64,000 bases of DNA from Anaerolineae bacterium (GCA_016931695.1 JAFGEI010000023.1:5328-69327), one strand, 5' to 3'; positions 44,149 to 54,059 are shown, counted from the stretch's first letter. Translations and numbers: made by a program. Notes: a model not told the origin generated them from the sequence alone.

Positions 44149-45735
44149 CTATTCTTCCTCCCATGCCCGGGTCAGTGCAACTTGGGCTGCATAATCATCG
44201 ATCTGCCGCTCAATCTCTGGCAGGCCCCACCCCTGGCGAGGGGCAACGGCCTCTGCCACCGCGCGGGCCCGGTCTAGCCCGCCGCCGCGGATCTCGTAGA
44301 TGACGTGGGTGCGGCGGATGAGGATGTCGTTCAACGTCAGCGCCATCTCGTGCTGGATGGCATAGAGGGCCTCGGCCATCAGGTAGGGCAGTGGGGGGGC
44401 AATCCGCTGGCCCAGCGCGGGATTCTCCTCGGCGTAGGCCAGCAGCCAGGCAGCGTCTGCCCCGTATGCCGCGACCAGGTGGCTGTGACTCTCCTGGTCC
44501 TCCACCCCTGTGGCGACCCAGGGCCGTTCTCCGCCGGGCAGCGGTTCCCGGCTGTGGCAGCTGGCGTCGGGATGAATGGCAAATTCCCGCGCCAGCTTGC
44601 GCGCTGCCCGGTCGACAATCTGCTCTGCCATCAGCCGGGCGGTGGTCAGCTTGCCGCCCACGACGTTGATCAGGCCGGAATCACTTTCCGCGACGTGGTG
44701 CTCGCGAGAGAGGGCGTACGACCCTCCCCCGCCGTACAACAGCGGGCGCAGCCCGGCAAAGCTGCTGATCACATCCTCGGGCCCGATCTGCGCCGCGGGA
44801 AAGACGTGGTTCAGCGCCTCCAGCAGGTACTCGACGTCCGCGCGCCCCGCTGCCGGCTGGTCCAGCCGACCGGTATAGTCGGTATCGGTGGTGCCGAGGA
44901 GGACGTGCGCTCCCCAGGGGATCAAAAAGAGGTGGCGCCCGTCGCGGGGCGAGTCGAAAGCGACGGCGTGTTGAACGGACAGCCGGTCGGCCGCGAGGAC
45001 GAGGTGGCTGCCCTTGGTCGGGCGGACCGTGACGCTCTTGCCCGTGCTGTCCAGCTGGCGCACGGTGTCGGCCCAGACCCCGGTCACGTTGATGACCGCG
45101 CGCGCCTGCACCTCGATCTCGCCCCCTTTGATCCGGTCGCGGATCACTGCGCCCCGCAGCGCCTGGCGGCTCTTGAGCAGGCCAATCACTGGGGCGTAAT
45201 TGGCGACGACGGCGCCTTCGTGGTGGGCGGCGCGGGTGATCGCCAGGGTCAGCCGGGCATCGTCGACCTGGGCGTCGTAGAAGCGGGCCGCTCCCAACAA
45301 CCCCTGCTCGTTCAGCAGCGGTTCCCGGCGCACGACCTCGTCGGGGGCGAGCCAGCGGTGGCGCTGCACGTTGCGAAAGAGGCTCAAGGCGTCGTAGAGG
45401 GTCAGCCCGGCCCGCAGCTTCCACGGGGCCGGTTTTTGCCCGCGGTAGAGGGGATAGAGGAAGGGAAGGGGGCGCACCAGGCGGGGGGCGATCCGGCGCA
45501 TCGCCTGCCGCTCGCTGCAGCATTGAAAGACGAGGCCGAGCTGATACGCTTCCAGGTAGCGCAGGCCGCCGTGGACCAGCCGCGAGGAGCGGCTGCTGGT
45601 GCCCCAGCCAAAATCCGTTTGCTCCACCAGCGCGGTGCGGAATCCGCGCATCGCCGCGTCTCGCGCGACCGAAACGCCGGTAATCCCCCCGCCGATGACC
45701 AAGATGTCGAACAGGGAGCTGGACAAGATGTCCAT
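44149..45735 (-). CDS. glpD: FAD-dependent glycerol-3-phosphate dehydrogenase
   Basis: Start at ATG 45735 (MDILSSSLFDILVIGGGITGVSVARDAAMRG…). An alternative ATG lies at 45810. …LVHGGLRYLE…. Confidence 0.8.
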   Translation of the reverse strand: MDILSSSLFDILVIGGGITGVSVARDAAMRGFRTALVEQTDFGWGTSSRSSRLVHGGLRYLEAYQLGLVFQCCSERQAMRRIAPRLVRPLPFLYPLYRGQKPAPWKLRAGLTLYDALSLFRNVQRHRWLAPDEVVRREPLLNEQGLLGAARFYDAQVDDARLTLAITRAAHHEGAVVANYAPVIGLLKSRQALRGAVIRDRIKGGEIEVQARAVINVTGVWADTVRQLDSTGKSVTVRPTKGSHLVLAADRLSVQHAVAFDSPRDGRHLFLIPWGAHVLLGTTDTDYTGRLDQPAAGRADVEYLLEALNHVFPAAQIGPEDVISSFAGLRPLLYGGGGSYALSREHHVAESDSGLINVVGGKLTTARLMAEQIVDRAARKLAREFAIHPDASCHSREPLPGGERPWVATGVEDQESHSHLVAAYGADAAWLLAYAEENPALGQRIAPPLPYLMAEALYAIQHEMALTLNDILIRRTHVIYEIRGGGLDRARAVAEAVAPRQGWGLPEIERQIDDYAAQVALTRAWEEE

Positions 45736-45860
45736 GTTTTCGCGCCGCGTCGCAGCAGAGAACGGGCGGGGGCAGCTCGGAGAGGCTTGGTTATTCACCG
45801 CTGGCCTCATTTATCCGCGCAAGGCAAGGTGACGGTGAGACGAGGAGAATTCTTCCCTCG

Positions 45861-47564
45861 TCACCTCGTCTCCTTGTCTTTTTCTCCCAAAGGTATCAAT
45901 ACGCCTGGATTCATGATCCCCTCTGGGTCGAGGGCCTGCTTCACTGCCTGCAGGATGGTCATGCCGACCGGTCCGACTTCTTCTGCCAGCCATTCGGCGT
46001 GGTCGCGGCCGACGCCGTGGTGGTGGCTGAGGGTCCCGCCGGCCGCGAGGATGGTCTCGGTCGCCTCCCGTTTCACCGACCACCACTGCTCGATCTCGCG
46101 CCCGGGAAGCTGGCGGCCCAGGAAGGTCGTGTAGAGCGAAGCGCCCCACTGGTAGACGTGCGAGATGTGGGTCATCACGTAACCCGGCCCGCCGCCGGAG
46201 GATTGAATTGCTGCGCGGACGGCAGTGGTCATTTCATCGTACAGGCGCGGCAGGTTGGACCAGGTGGTGGCGGTTTCCAGCGTGTCGACCATCACCCCCG
46301 CGTCCATCATAATGTCCCGCAGGTAGGGGTGGGCAAAGCGGTCTCGCTTCCACGACTTGCCAGCAGACTTGCCCAGGCGCAGGCCGCGGTGGTCGGCGCA
46401 GAGATCGTTCGCTGCTTTCCAGAACGGGCCGAGCTCCTGAGGGTGCCCGTCACGTCCCAGCAGGAGCAAACAACTGCCGCCGCCGATCTGGTACTGGCGT
46501 TGTTTCAGATAGGCCTCCAGGGCGCGGTCGATCAGAGCGCGCATCCCGTGATGTTCGTGGGTCAGGGCAGAGAATCCGGTCGTTTCCGCAGCGTCGGACA
46601 GGCGGGCGATGGTGGGGCGCAGCCCGCTCTGCATCAAGTCGCGCAGCGCGGCGATCCCGTCCGCAAAGGAGCGAAAGAGAAAGCCGCGGTAGTCTTGAAC
46701 CTGGGGGTAGGGGCGAACGCGCATCGTCGCCTCGGTGATGACGCCGTATGCGCCCTCCGAGCCGATCAGCATTTGCAGCAGGGAGGGTCCGGCGGCGCTG
46801 GCAGGCGTGTTCTTGGTGGTGATGATGCCGCCCGGCGTGACCAGGCGCACAGCCTGGGTCATGTCCTCGATCTTGCCATAGCCGGTGGAGGTCTGCCCAG
46901 CAGCGCGGGTGGCGATCCATCCGCCCAGGGTCGAGAACTCGAAGGACTGGGGAAAGTGGCCGAGGGTGAAACCGTGCTCGTTCAGCTGGCGCTCTACCTC
47001 CGGCCCGGTTGCGCCGGCCTGGATACGGGCGGTGTGGGAGATGCGGTCCAGGGCCACCAGGCGGTCGAGCTGTGCCGTGTCGAGGGTCAGGGTCAACTGC
47101 TCGCCGGGCATTGGCTCTACCGCCCCCAACACGCCGCTCCCGCCCCCGAACGGGACCACGGCAATGTCCCGGTCGGCCGCCCACGTCAGTATTGCCGCCA
47201 CCTGTCCCTCGTCGGCCGGGTAGACCACGGCGTCGGGTGGATTGGGGATCGTTCCCGCCCGCACCTGCACCAGGTCCCGGTACGACTTGCCCGCGGCGTG
47301 CTCGACGCGGCACTGTAGATCGGTGCGCACCACTGCCTGTCCCAGCAGGCGGTACAACGAGTTCAACACCGGGTCGTCGAGCCGGCCGGGGCGCAGGTCG
47401 ATTTCCGCCAGCGATACGGCTGGCTTTTGGGGTTGGTCATCGGGTAGTTCCAGCCAGGCGCGCAACGAGGGCCAAAAGTTGGGCCGCCCCTGCAGGGAAA
47501 AAGTCTGATCGAGGGTGCCCCATCCCCACCAACGCAAGTTCGATATGTCCATAATGCTCATTGT
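45861..47564 (-). CDS. FAD-linked oxidase, alkyl-dihydroxyacetone-phosphate synthase (AGPS)-like
   Basis: Start at ATG 47564 (MSIMDISNLRWWGWGTLDQ…). The (R)WxGWG motif N-terminal to an FAD_binding_4 (PCMH) domain (…AVVPFGGGSGVLGA…) and an FAD-oxidase C domain (…HISHVYQWGASLY…HHHGVG…) resembles AGPS more than GlcD or D-lactate dehydrogenase. Confidence 0.65.
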   Translation of the reverse strand, partial: TMSIMDISNLRWWGWGTLDQTFSLQGRPNFWPSLRAWLELPDDQPQKPAVSLAEIDLRPGRLDDPVLNSLYRLLGQAVVRTDLQCRVEHAAGKSYRDLVQVRAGTIPNPPDAVVYPADEGQVAAILTWAADRDIAVVPFGGGSGVLGAVEPMPGEQLTLTLDTAQLDRLVALDRISHTARIQAGATGPEVERQLNEHGFTLGHFPQSFEFSTLGGWIATRAAGQTSTGYGKIEDMTQAVRLVTPGGIITTKNTPASAAGPSLLQMLIGSEGAYGVITEATMRVRPYPQVQDYRGFLFRSFADGIAALRDLMQSGLRPTIARLSDAAETTGFSALTHEHHGMRALIDRALEAYLKQRQYQIGGGSCLLLLGRDGHPQELGPFWKAANDLCADHRGLRLGKSAGKSWKRDRFAHPYLRDIMMDAGVMVDTLETATTWSNLPRLYDEMTTAVRAAIQSSGGGPGYVMTHISHVYQWGASLYTTFLGRQLPGREIEQWWSVKREATETILAAGGTLSHHHGVGRDHAEWLAEEVGPVGMTILQAVKQALDPEGIMNPGVLIPLGEKDKETR

Positions 47565-47719
47565 ACCACTGCCGTTTGTGGGGGTCAACCCCCAGGGGAG
47601 AGGGGGGGCTCCCACTTGTCACCCCGTGCGGACTGGTGTATACTGCCGCATAAAGATTGCGGTCCGGTGGACTGCTGCCCCCCGGCCCGGGAGAAGCCAC
47701 CCCCGGAGGAGGATGGTCA

Positions 47720-48871
47720 ATGAGAGTTTCCTGCTTACAAGAGAACCTGACCCGAGGACTGAGTATCGTCGGTCGAGCTGTCTCGCCGCGCTCCACGCTG
47801 CCCATCTTGAGCCACATCCTGCTGGCGACGGATGGGGGGCGTCTGCGCCTGTCGGCCACCAACCTGGAAATCGGCATCAACTGCTGGATCGGCGCCCGCG
47901 TCGAGGAAGAGGGCAGCATTGCCATCCCGGCGCGCACCTTGATCGACCTGGTCAACGCGCTGCCTCCCGACCGCGTCGACATGGAAGGGATCGTGCGGAC
48001 GATGACGCTGAACCTGCGCTGTGGCCGCAGCGAGGCGAACATCAAGGGCATGGATGCGGTCGAGTTCCCGCCCGTCCCGGTTCCCGAGGGCGAGAGTGGG
48101 ATCCAGATCGATCCCGAGGTGCTCCGCACCGCCATCTCCCAGGTCGCCTTTGCCGCCGCGACCGACGAGGCGCGGCCGATCCTTACCGGCGTCCTGGTTC
48201 TTTTTGATGACAACCAGATGGTGCTGGCTGCGGCCGACGGTTACCGCCTCTCGGTGCGCCAGGCCGCCCTCGGCGAACCGTTGAGCGAATCCCTCAGCGT
48301 CATCGTCCCGGCGCGGGCAATGACCGAATTGGGACGCATCTGCGGCGACCAGCTCAAAGGGGCAGACTCGGCGGCTGCGGTGATTGCTACCGTCACGCCG
48401 GATCACAATCGCATCCTCTTTCAGCTGCCGGACGTGGTATTGGTTTCCCAACTGATCCCCGGCAGCTTTCCCGATTATGCGCAGATCATTCCCCAGGGTC
48501 GGAACACCCGCACGGTGGTGGGGACGGCCGAGTTGATCAAGGCCTGCCGCACGGCCCAGATCTTTGCCCGCGAGGGGGCCAACATCGTCCAGTTTCACAT
48601 CCATCCGCAGGGAGAGTTGGAACCGGGACGGATTGTCGTCTCGGCCACTTCTGCCGAAACTGGCGACGACGTGAGCGAACTGGACGCCAGCATTGAGGGC
48701 GAGGCGGTCGACATCGCCTTTAACGTCAACTATACCATCGACGCGCTGTCGGTCATCGGCACGCCGCAGGTTGCCCTGGATACCACCTCGTCGTCCAGCC
48801 CCGGCGTGCTGCGGCCGGTCGGGGAAGATAATTTCGTCCACGTCATCATGCCGATGCACATGGGGCAATAG
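47720..48871 (+). CDS. dnaN: DNA polymerase III beta subunit (sliding clamp)
   Basis: Start at ATG 47720 after ggaggagg (MRVSCLQENLTRGLSIVGRAV…). Three-domain clamp, 383 aa. Confidence 0.85.
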   Translation: MRVSCLQENLTRGLSIVGRAVSPRSTLPILSHILLATDGGRLRLSATNLEIGINCWIGARVEEEGSIAIPARTLIDLVNALPPDRVDMEGIVRTMTLNLRCGRSEANIKGMDAVEFPPVPVPEGESGIQIDPEVLRTAISQVAFAAATDEARPILTGVLVLFDDNQMVLAAADGYRLSVRQAALGEPLSESLSVIVPARAMTELGRICGDQLKGADSAAAVIATVTPDHNRILFQLPDVVLVSQLIPGSFPDYAQIIPQGRNTRTVVGTAELIKACRTAQIFAREGANIVQFHIHPQGELEPGRIVVSATSAETGDDVSELDASIEGEAVDIAFNVNYTIDALSVIGTPQVALDTTSSSSPGVLRPVGEDNFVHVIMPMHMGQ

Positions 48872-49022
48872 GCATGTCACATTTCGGCACCGCAGAAGAA
48901 AGGGGGAACATCCCTCACCCATCCCCTGCGCCTGGCAGGACAGTCGGCCGGAATATGACCTTGTCGAGCTAGGCGGCACAGCCTTTGTCACAGGGGCGGT
49001 TCCACCGCCCCTGGTTTGTGCC

Positions 49023-51494
49023 ATGGAGTTGACAATGACCCAGGAACTCTTGCCGGAACAATTGCGCCGCACCTGCGATCCCCAAAGCTGGTCGTTTGAT
49101 ACGACCGCCGAACTGCCGCTGACGCCCGAGATTTTCGGCCAGCCCCGCGCCACCCAGGCCATCGAGTTCGGCCTGGACGTCGCAGGAGGAGGGTACAACA
49201 TCTTTGTGTTGGGGCCAGGAGGAACGGGGCGCACAACCACCATCCAGCGCTTTCTCGCCCAGCGCGCGGCGAAACGACCGACGCCGGATGATTGGGTGTA
49301 CGTCTATAACTTTTACCGGCCCCGTTGTCCGCGGGCGATTCGCCTGCCAGCCGGCAAAGGGCGGCAGTTTCAAGAGGACATGGCCTCGCTGGTGGCCGAG
49401 TTGCGCCAGACACTCCCGCGGGCCTTTGAGGAAGATGCCTACCGCGACTCCCGGCGCCAGATCGAGCAGGATTTTCAAAAGGCGCAGCAAAAGCTGTTGC
49501 AGCAGATCGAGTCCAACGCGCAGGAACGCGGCTTTGCGGTGATGAACACCGCTTCTGGCCTGGCGCTGGTGCCCCTGAAAGACGGCCAGCCGATCCCGCC
49601 GCAAGAGTTCCAGCAGCTGCCAGAAAAAGAACGTCAGCGATTCGCCGACATCCACCAGGAATTGGAACAGGGCGTCGAGGAAACACTGCGCCAACTGCGG
49701 AATCGAGAACGGGAAGCCCGCGAGGCGGTGCGCCAACTGGATCAAGAGAAAGCCAGCCGCGTCGTCGGGCACGCCATCGACGGTCTGGCAGCTCGCTACG
49801 CCGAGTGGGAGGAGGTCGCTGAATACCTGCAAGAAGTGCAGACCGATATCGTGCACCGCGTGGACGAGTTCAAGCAGGGCGAGGAGGCGCCCGCCGATTG
49901 GACATCCCCGGTCAGCAGCCCCTTCCAGCGCTACCGGGTTAACCTGTTCGTGGACAATGGCGAGCAGGAGGGGGCTCCGGTGGTCCTGGAATCGAATCCC
50001 AACTACCGCAACCTGATCGGCCGGTTGGAATACGAGGTCATTGCCGGTTCCACGGTGACTGATTTCACCATGCTGGAGGCCGGGGCGCTTCACCGGGCCA
50101 ACGGCGGCTACCTGGTGCTGCGGGCGCGGGACGTGCTGGCCGACCCCGCCGGTTGGCAGGCGCTCAAGCGGGCGCTGGCCGACGGCCACGTCTGCATGGA
50201 AGAGCGGGGCGGACTCCCATTCTCGGTCATTACCCTCGATCCGGAACCGATTCCCCTGGAGCTCAAGGTAGTGTTGTTGGGCAGCCCATCGCTTTACTAC
50301 TATCTCTATTCCGTCGACGACGACTTTGACAGGCTGTTCAAGGTCAAGGCGGATTTCTCTTCCGATATGGAACGCACGCCGGAGAACGAACATCTCTATG
50401 CCCTCTTTATCCGGGCGCGCGGCGAGGAGGAGAAACTGCGCCCCTTTGACCGCACGGGAGCAGCCGCGGTCGTGGAATATGGCTCCCGCCTGGCCGAGAA
50501 CCAGGATCGACTCTCGGTCCGTTTTGGCGAGGTGGCGGACCTGCTGCAGGAGGCGGACCATTGGGCCGAGCAGGCGGGACACGACGCGGTCATGGACGAG
50601 GACGTGCAGCGGGCGATTGCAGAGCGCATCTACCGCTCGAACCGGGTAGAAGAAGAGATTCGGCGGATTATCTTGGAGGGGACGCTGGTGATTGCCACGG
50701 AGGGGGAAATGGTGGGGCAGGTCAATGGCCTGGCGCTCAACGTGGTGGGGGACCACGTCTTTGGTCGCCCGACGCGCATCACTGCCCGCACCTACGTCGG
50801 ACGCAGCGGCGTGCTGGATGTCCAGCGCGAGATCAAGCTGAGCGCTCCCTCCCACGGCAAAGGGGTAATGATCCTGACCAGCTACCTGGGCGGACAGTAC
50901 GCCGCCAAGCAGCCGCTGACGCTTTCGGCCAGCATCAACTTTGAGCAGACGTACGACGAGATCCGCGGCGACAGCGCCTCGCTGACCGAGCTTTTCGTCC
51001 TGCTCTCCAGCCTGGCCGAGCTGCCGATCCGGCAGGGAATCGCCGTCACTGGCTCGGTCGATCAGTGGGGGCGGGTGCAATCGGTCGGCGGGGTGCCGCA
51101 CAAGATCGAGGGCTTTTTTGACATCTGCCAGGCGCGCGGATTGACCGGCGAACAAGGCGTGATCGTTCCGGCCAGCAACTGCCGCAACCTGATGCTGCGG
51201 GGCGACGTGGTCGAGGCGGTCGCAGCCGGCCAGTTTCACGTCTATGCGATCTGCACCGTGGACGAGGGGATCGAGTGCCTGACCGGCGTACCGGCGGGCG
51301 AGCGAGACGAGCACGGCAACTTTTCCCCCGATACGGTCCACGCCCGCGTTCAAGAGCGGCTGAAAAAGCTGGCTGAAAACCTGGACAGCAAGGGTGGAAA
51401 GGGCGAAGCGCCGGGCAAGGAGGACGCCAGGCGCCAACCGGAGGACGAGCCAGACGAAGAGGCCGGGCCAGAGAACATCCCGGGCGAGGGGTAA
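49023..51494 (+). CDS. Lon-like ATP-dependent protease (COG1067 / LonB-type: AAA-like ATPase plus S16 Ser-Lys protease domain)
   Basis: Start at ATG 49023 or 49035. Walker A NIFVLGPGGTGRTT. Proteolytic domain with …IRGDSASLTE… and …VGGVPHKIEG…. Confidence 0.75.
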   Translation: MELTMTQELLPEQLRRTCDPQSWSFDTTAELPLTPEIFGQPRATQAIEFGLDVAGGGYNIFVLGPGGTGRTTTIQRFLAQRAAKRPTPDDWVYVYNFYRPRCPRAIRLPAGKGRQFQEDMASLVAELRQTLPRAFEEDAYRDSRRQIEQDFQKAQQKLLQQIESNAQERGFAVMNTASGLALVPLKDGQPIPPQEFQQLPEKERQRFADIHQELEQGVEETLRQLRNREREAREAVRQLDQEKASRVVGHAIDGLAARYAEWEEVAEYLQEVQTDIVHRVDEFKQGEEAPADWTSPVSSPFQRYRVNLFVDNGEQEGAPVVLESNPNYRNLIGRLEYEVIAGSTVTDFTMLEAGALHRANGGYLVLRARDVLADPAGWQALKRALADGHVCMEERGGLPFSVITLDPEPIPLELKVVLLGSPSLYYYLYSVDDDFDRLFKVKADFSSDMERTPENEHLYALFIRARGEEEKLRPFDRTGAAAVVEYGSRLAENQDRLSVRFGEVADLLQEADHWAEQAGHDAVMDEDVQRAIAERIYRSNRVEEEIRRIILEGTLVIATEGEMVGQVNGLALNVVGDHVFGRPTRITARTYVGRSGVLDVQREIKLSAPSHGKGVMILTSYLGGQYAAKQPLTLSASINFEQTYDEIRGDSASLTELFVLLSSLAELPIRQGIAVTGSVDQWGRVQSVGGVPHKIEGFFDICQARGLTGEQGVIVPASNCRNLMLRGDVVEAVAAGQFHVYAICTVDEGIECLTGVPAGERDEHGNFSPDTVHARVQERLKKLAENLDSKGGKGEAPGKEDARRQPEDEPDEEAGPENIPGEG

Positions 51495-51574
51495 GGGAAG
51501 CTGTTTTGAGCGGGTGACGCAGCCGCTCAGGGCGCACGCCCGGAACCTCTCCCGCAGCACAGGGAGGAGAGCGT

Positions 51575-51784
51575 CTCAGTAGATCCAAAATCTGGCCGCA
51601 GAGACACATCTGGTTGTCGAAATTGCATAGATGTCATTCTGAGCAGCCTGCCCCGGGCATAGCCGAGGGGAGCGTAGCGAGCGAAGAATCCCGTTCCGGA
51701 GAAGCGAAATCTCGTTCTGCAAGGAACGAGACCCTTTGCTCCGCCCTCTGGGCGTCACTCAGGGTGACAAATTGGATCTACTGA
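51575..51784. other. 210-bp structured intergenic element bounded by perfect 12-bp inverted repeats (ctcagtagatcc / ggatctactgag)
   Basis: Lies between the Lon-like gene and the YfhO paralog. Internal hairpins include ctcgttc-tgcaag-gaacgag, gtcactcagggtgac and acatct/agatgt. No protein-coding potential. Confidence 0.4.
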
Positions 51785-51820
51785 GTCTGCATGCAGCGAG
51801 GCCGCCGCGTGAGAGAGTGG

Positions 51821-54034
51821 ATGGTTCCCCTGGCGCTGCTGTTGCTGGCAGCCCTGTTTTTCTGGCCGTTGTGGATTCACCCCGACAGCTTTTTCTACCC
51901 CCCCGATGGCCGCTACACCGACCTGGCCGTCACCCACTGGCCGAACGCTCTCTTTATCCGCTATTCCCTGCAATCCTGGGGCCAGGTTCCGCTCTGGCGC
52001 CCGTTGATCATGTCCGGCGCCCCTTTCGCCGCGAATCCCCTGGCGGGCCTCTGGTATTCTCCCAACTGGCTGCTCTTGCTGCTGCCGCTCACCCCTGCCT
52101 TTTCCTTGCTTTTTGTCTTGCACACTGCCTGGGCGGGATGGGGGGGGTACCGGCTGGTGCGGTCGCTGGGGGGCACGCGCAGCGGCGGGCTGGTCGCAGC
52201 CTTCACGCTGATGTTTGCCGCCAAGGCGCTGGCCCACCTCGCCCTGGGCCACGTCGGCTTGCACGCCGCGTGGGCCTGGCTGCCCTGGCTGCTGTGGGCA
52301 GTGCGCCGCCTGGCGACGCGCCGTCGCCCCGGCGACGTGGCGCTGGCGGGAGCGGCTGCGGCAATGACGATCCTGGCCGACGTGCGGCTCGGCGCTTACG
52401 GCGGGGTGGCAGCGGCCGGTTATTGGTTGGGGACGGTGTGCTCCCAAGGCGCCGCCCGGTCAAAGGCCCGCCCCTACGCAGTGGGGCTGGGCGCTGGCCT
52501 GTTGGCTGCCGCGCTGGCGGCGGTGCAGATCCTGCCGCTGGCGGCGGTATCGAGCCGGCTCAGCCGCGGCGCGATCGGCCCGGAAGCGAGCGTGGCGCTT
52601 TCCCTGCCCCCCGCTCGTCTCCTCGGCCTGCTGATCGCCGACCACGGCGGGGCGCACGAATGGCAGACGTACCTGGGAGCGGCCGGGCTGCTGCTGGCGC
52701 TGGTGGGGTTGTTCTGCTGGCCGCGGCGGCAGCGCTGGTGGTGGGGCGGGCTGGCGTTGGGCGCAGGGCTCTACTCCCTGGGCGCTCATACGGTTTTCTA
52801 TCCCGCGCTCCTGCGCTGGCTGCCCCCGTTGGGCTGGCTGCGCGGGCCGGCGCGGGCCTGGTTCCTGGTCGTGCTGGCCGCGGCGGTGCTGGCTGGGCAG
52901 GGAGTGAGCGCGGTGGAGCGGGGTGCGCTGCGCATCGGCCGCCGCGGCGGCGACCGGCTCGCTGTGGCCCTCGCCGGCGTCGCGGTGGCGGGGGGAGTGG
53001 GCGGGCTGTTCCTGCGCCTGCCGCTCAACGTCACGGCGGCAGCCCTGACCTGGGCCGCGGCGGGGCTGCTGCTCGCGCTGGCGGCAAGCCGGCGCCTGCC
53101 GCCCCGCTTTTTTGCCGTCCTGGCCTGCGCTCTTTGCCTCGGCGACCTGTGGGGTGTGGGCGCCACCCTTTACCGCGTGCGCCCGGCCGGCGAGGTGCTG
53201 GCGGAGGGGGGCGCGGCGGCAGCGTGGCTGGCCGAGCAGCCGCCCCCCTTCCGCGTCTACTCGCCCAGCTATAGCATCCCGCAGCAAACCGGGGCGCTCT
53301 ACGAGCTGGAAATGGCGGACGGGGTCGACCCGTTCCAGCTGGCCGATTACGTCGCTTTCATGCGCGTCGCCAGCGGGGTCGATCTGCCCGGCTACCACGT
53401 GACGATTCCCCCCTTCCCAGAGGTTGATCCAGGCGAGGAGCTGCTGCTGGCGCACCGCGACGCCGTTCCCGACCCGCGCCTGCTGGGGCTGCTCAACGTC
53501 CGCTACCTGGCCGCTGCCTACCCGGTCGACGCGGCCGGCTGGACGCCGCTCGGGGAGTGGGACGGCGTCTACCTTTACCGGAACGAGTACGTCCTCCCCC
53601 GCGCTTTCGTGGTCGAACAAGTGGCGACGGTAAGTGGGCTGGAAGCGGCGCTGGCCTGGATGGCGCAGAACGATCTCTCGCAGGCCGCGGTGGTGGATGG
53701 CGGCCGCCCGTTCGACGGAGCGGGGGAGAGCCGGGCGGTCGACTGGGTCGATCGGCGCCCCCAGCGCATCGAACTGACCGCCGAGGGACCGGGGTTGTTG
53801 GTCCTGAGCGAGGTGTACGACCCCGACTGGCGGGTAACGGTCGACGGCCGGGCAGCAGAGATGGTGCGCGCCGACGGCATCCTGCGCGGCGTCTACCTGG
53901 AGCCCGGGCGGCAGCAGGTCGTTTTCTCTTACCGCCCTGCCGGGCTGGCGGCGGGGTTGCTGGTCACAGGGCTGGGCGTCCTGTGCGCCGCCGCCTGGGC
54001 GATCCGCTGTAAAAGCCCTAAAAAAAGGGGTTGA
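51821..54034 (+). CDS. YfhO family membrane protein (second paralog)
   Basis: Start at ATG 51821 after gagagagtgg (MVPLALLLLAALFFWPLWIHPDSFF…). An alternative ATG lies at 51791. Same conserved N-terminal region as 3717..5972 (…VPLWRPLIMSGAPFAANPLAGLWYSPNW…). Confidence 0.75.
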   Translation: MVPLALLLLAALFFWPLWIHPDSFFYPPDGRYTDLAVTHWPNALFIRYSLQSWGQVPLWRPLIMSGAPFAANPLAGLWYSPNWLLLLLPLTPAFSLLFVLHTAWAGWGGYRLVRSLGGTRSGGLVAAFTLMFAAKALAHLALGHVGLHAAWAWLPWLLWAVRRLATRRRPGDVALAGAAAAMTILADVRLGAYGGVAAAGYWLGTVCSQGAARSKARPYAVGLGAGLLAAALAAVQILPLAAVSSRLSRGAIGPEASVALSLPPARLLGLLIADHGGAHEWQTYLGAAGLLLALVGLFCWPRRQRWWWGGLALGAGLYSLGAHTVFYPALLRWLPPLGWLRGPARAWFLVVLAAAVLAGQGVSAVERGALRIGRRGGDRLAVALAGVAVAGGVGGLFLRLPLNVTAAALTWAAAGLLLALAASRRLPPRFFAVLACALCLGDLWGVGATLYRVRPAGEVLAEGGAAAAWLAEQPPPFRVYSPSYSIPQQTGALYELEMADGVDPFQLADYVAFMRVASGVDLPGYHVTIPPFPEVDPGEELLLAHRDAVPDPRLLGLLNVRYLAAAYPVDAAGWTPLGEWDGVYLYRNEYVLPRAFVVEQVATVSGLEAALAWMAQNDLSQAAVVDGGRPFDGAGESRAVDWVDRRPQRIELTAEGPGLLVLSEVYDPDWRVTVDGRAAEMVRADGILRGVYLEPGRQQVVFSYRPAGLAAGLLVTGLGVLCAAAWAIRCKSPKKRG

Positions 54035-54059
54035 CTTCTATATAATGATTTGATATAAT
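54031..54059 (+). promoter_or_regulatory. consensus sigma70-type promoter: TTGACT - 17 bp - TATAAT
   Basis: Exact -35 and -10 hexamers with the optimal 17-nt spacer, about 40 nt upstream of the Excalibur-protein ATG. The -35 overlaps the YfhO stop codon. Confidence 0.6.

Noticed and set aside
49023-51494. Lon-like protease as BrxL of a BREX defence system
   Set aside because: No PglX/BrxX methyltransferase, PglZ, BrxA/B/C or other BREX components nearby. The architecture fits the stand-alone COG1067 LonB-type protease.
51495-51790. tRNA, tmRNA, RNase P, SRP RNA or a known riboswitch in the long intergenic region upstream of the second YfhO gene
   Set aside because: No tRNA cloverleaf signatures (no GTTCRANYC T-loop), no tmRNA, RNase P or SRP conserved boxes, and no recognisable riboswitch core. 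Kept only as an unclassified structured element.
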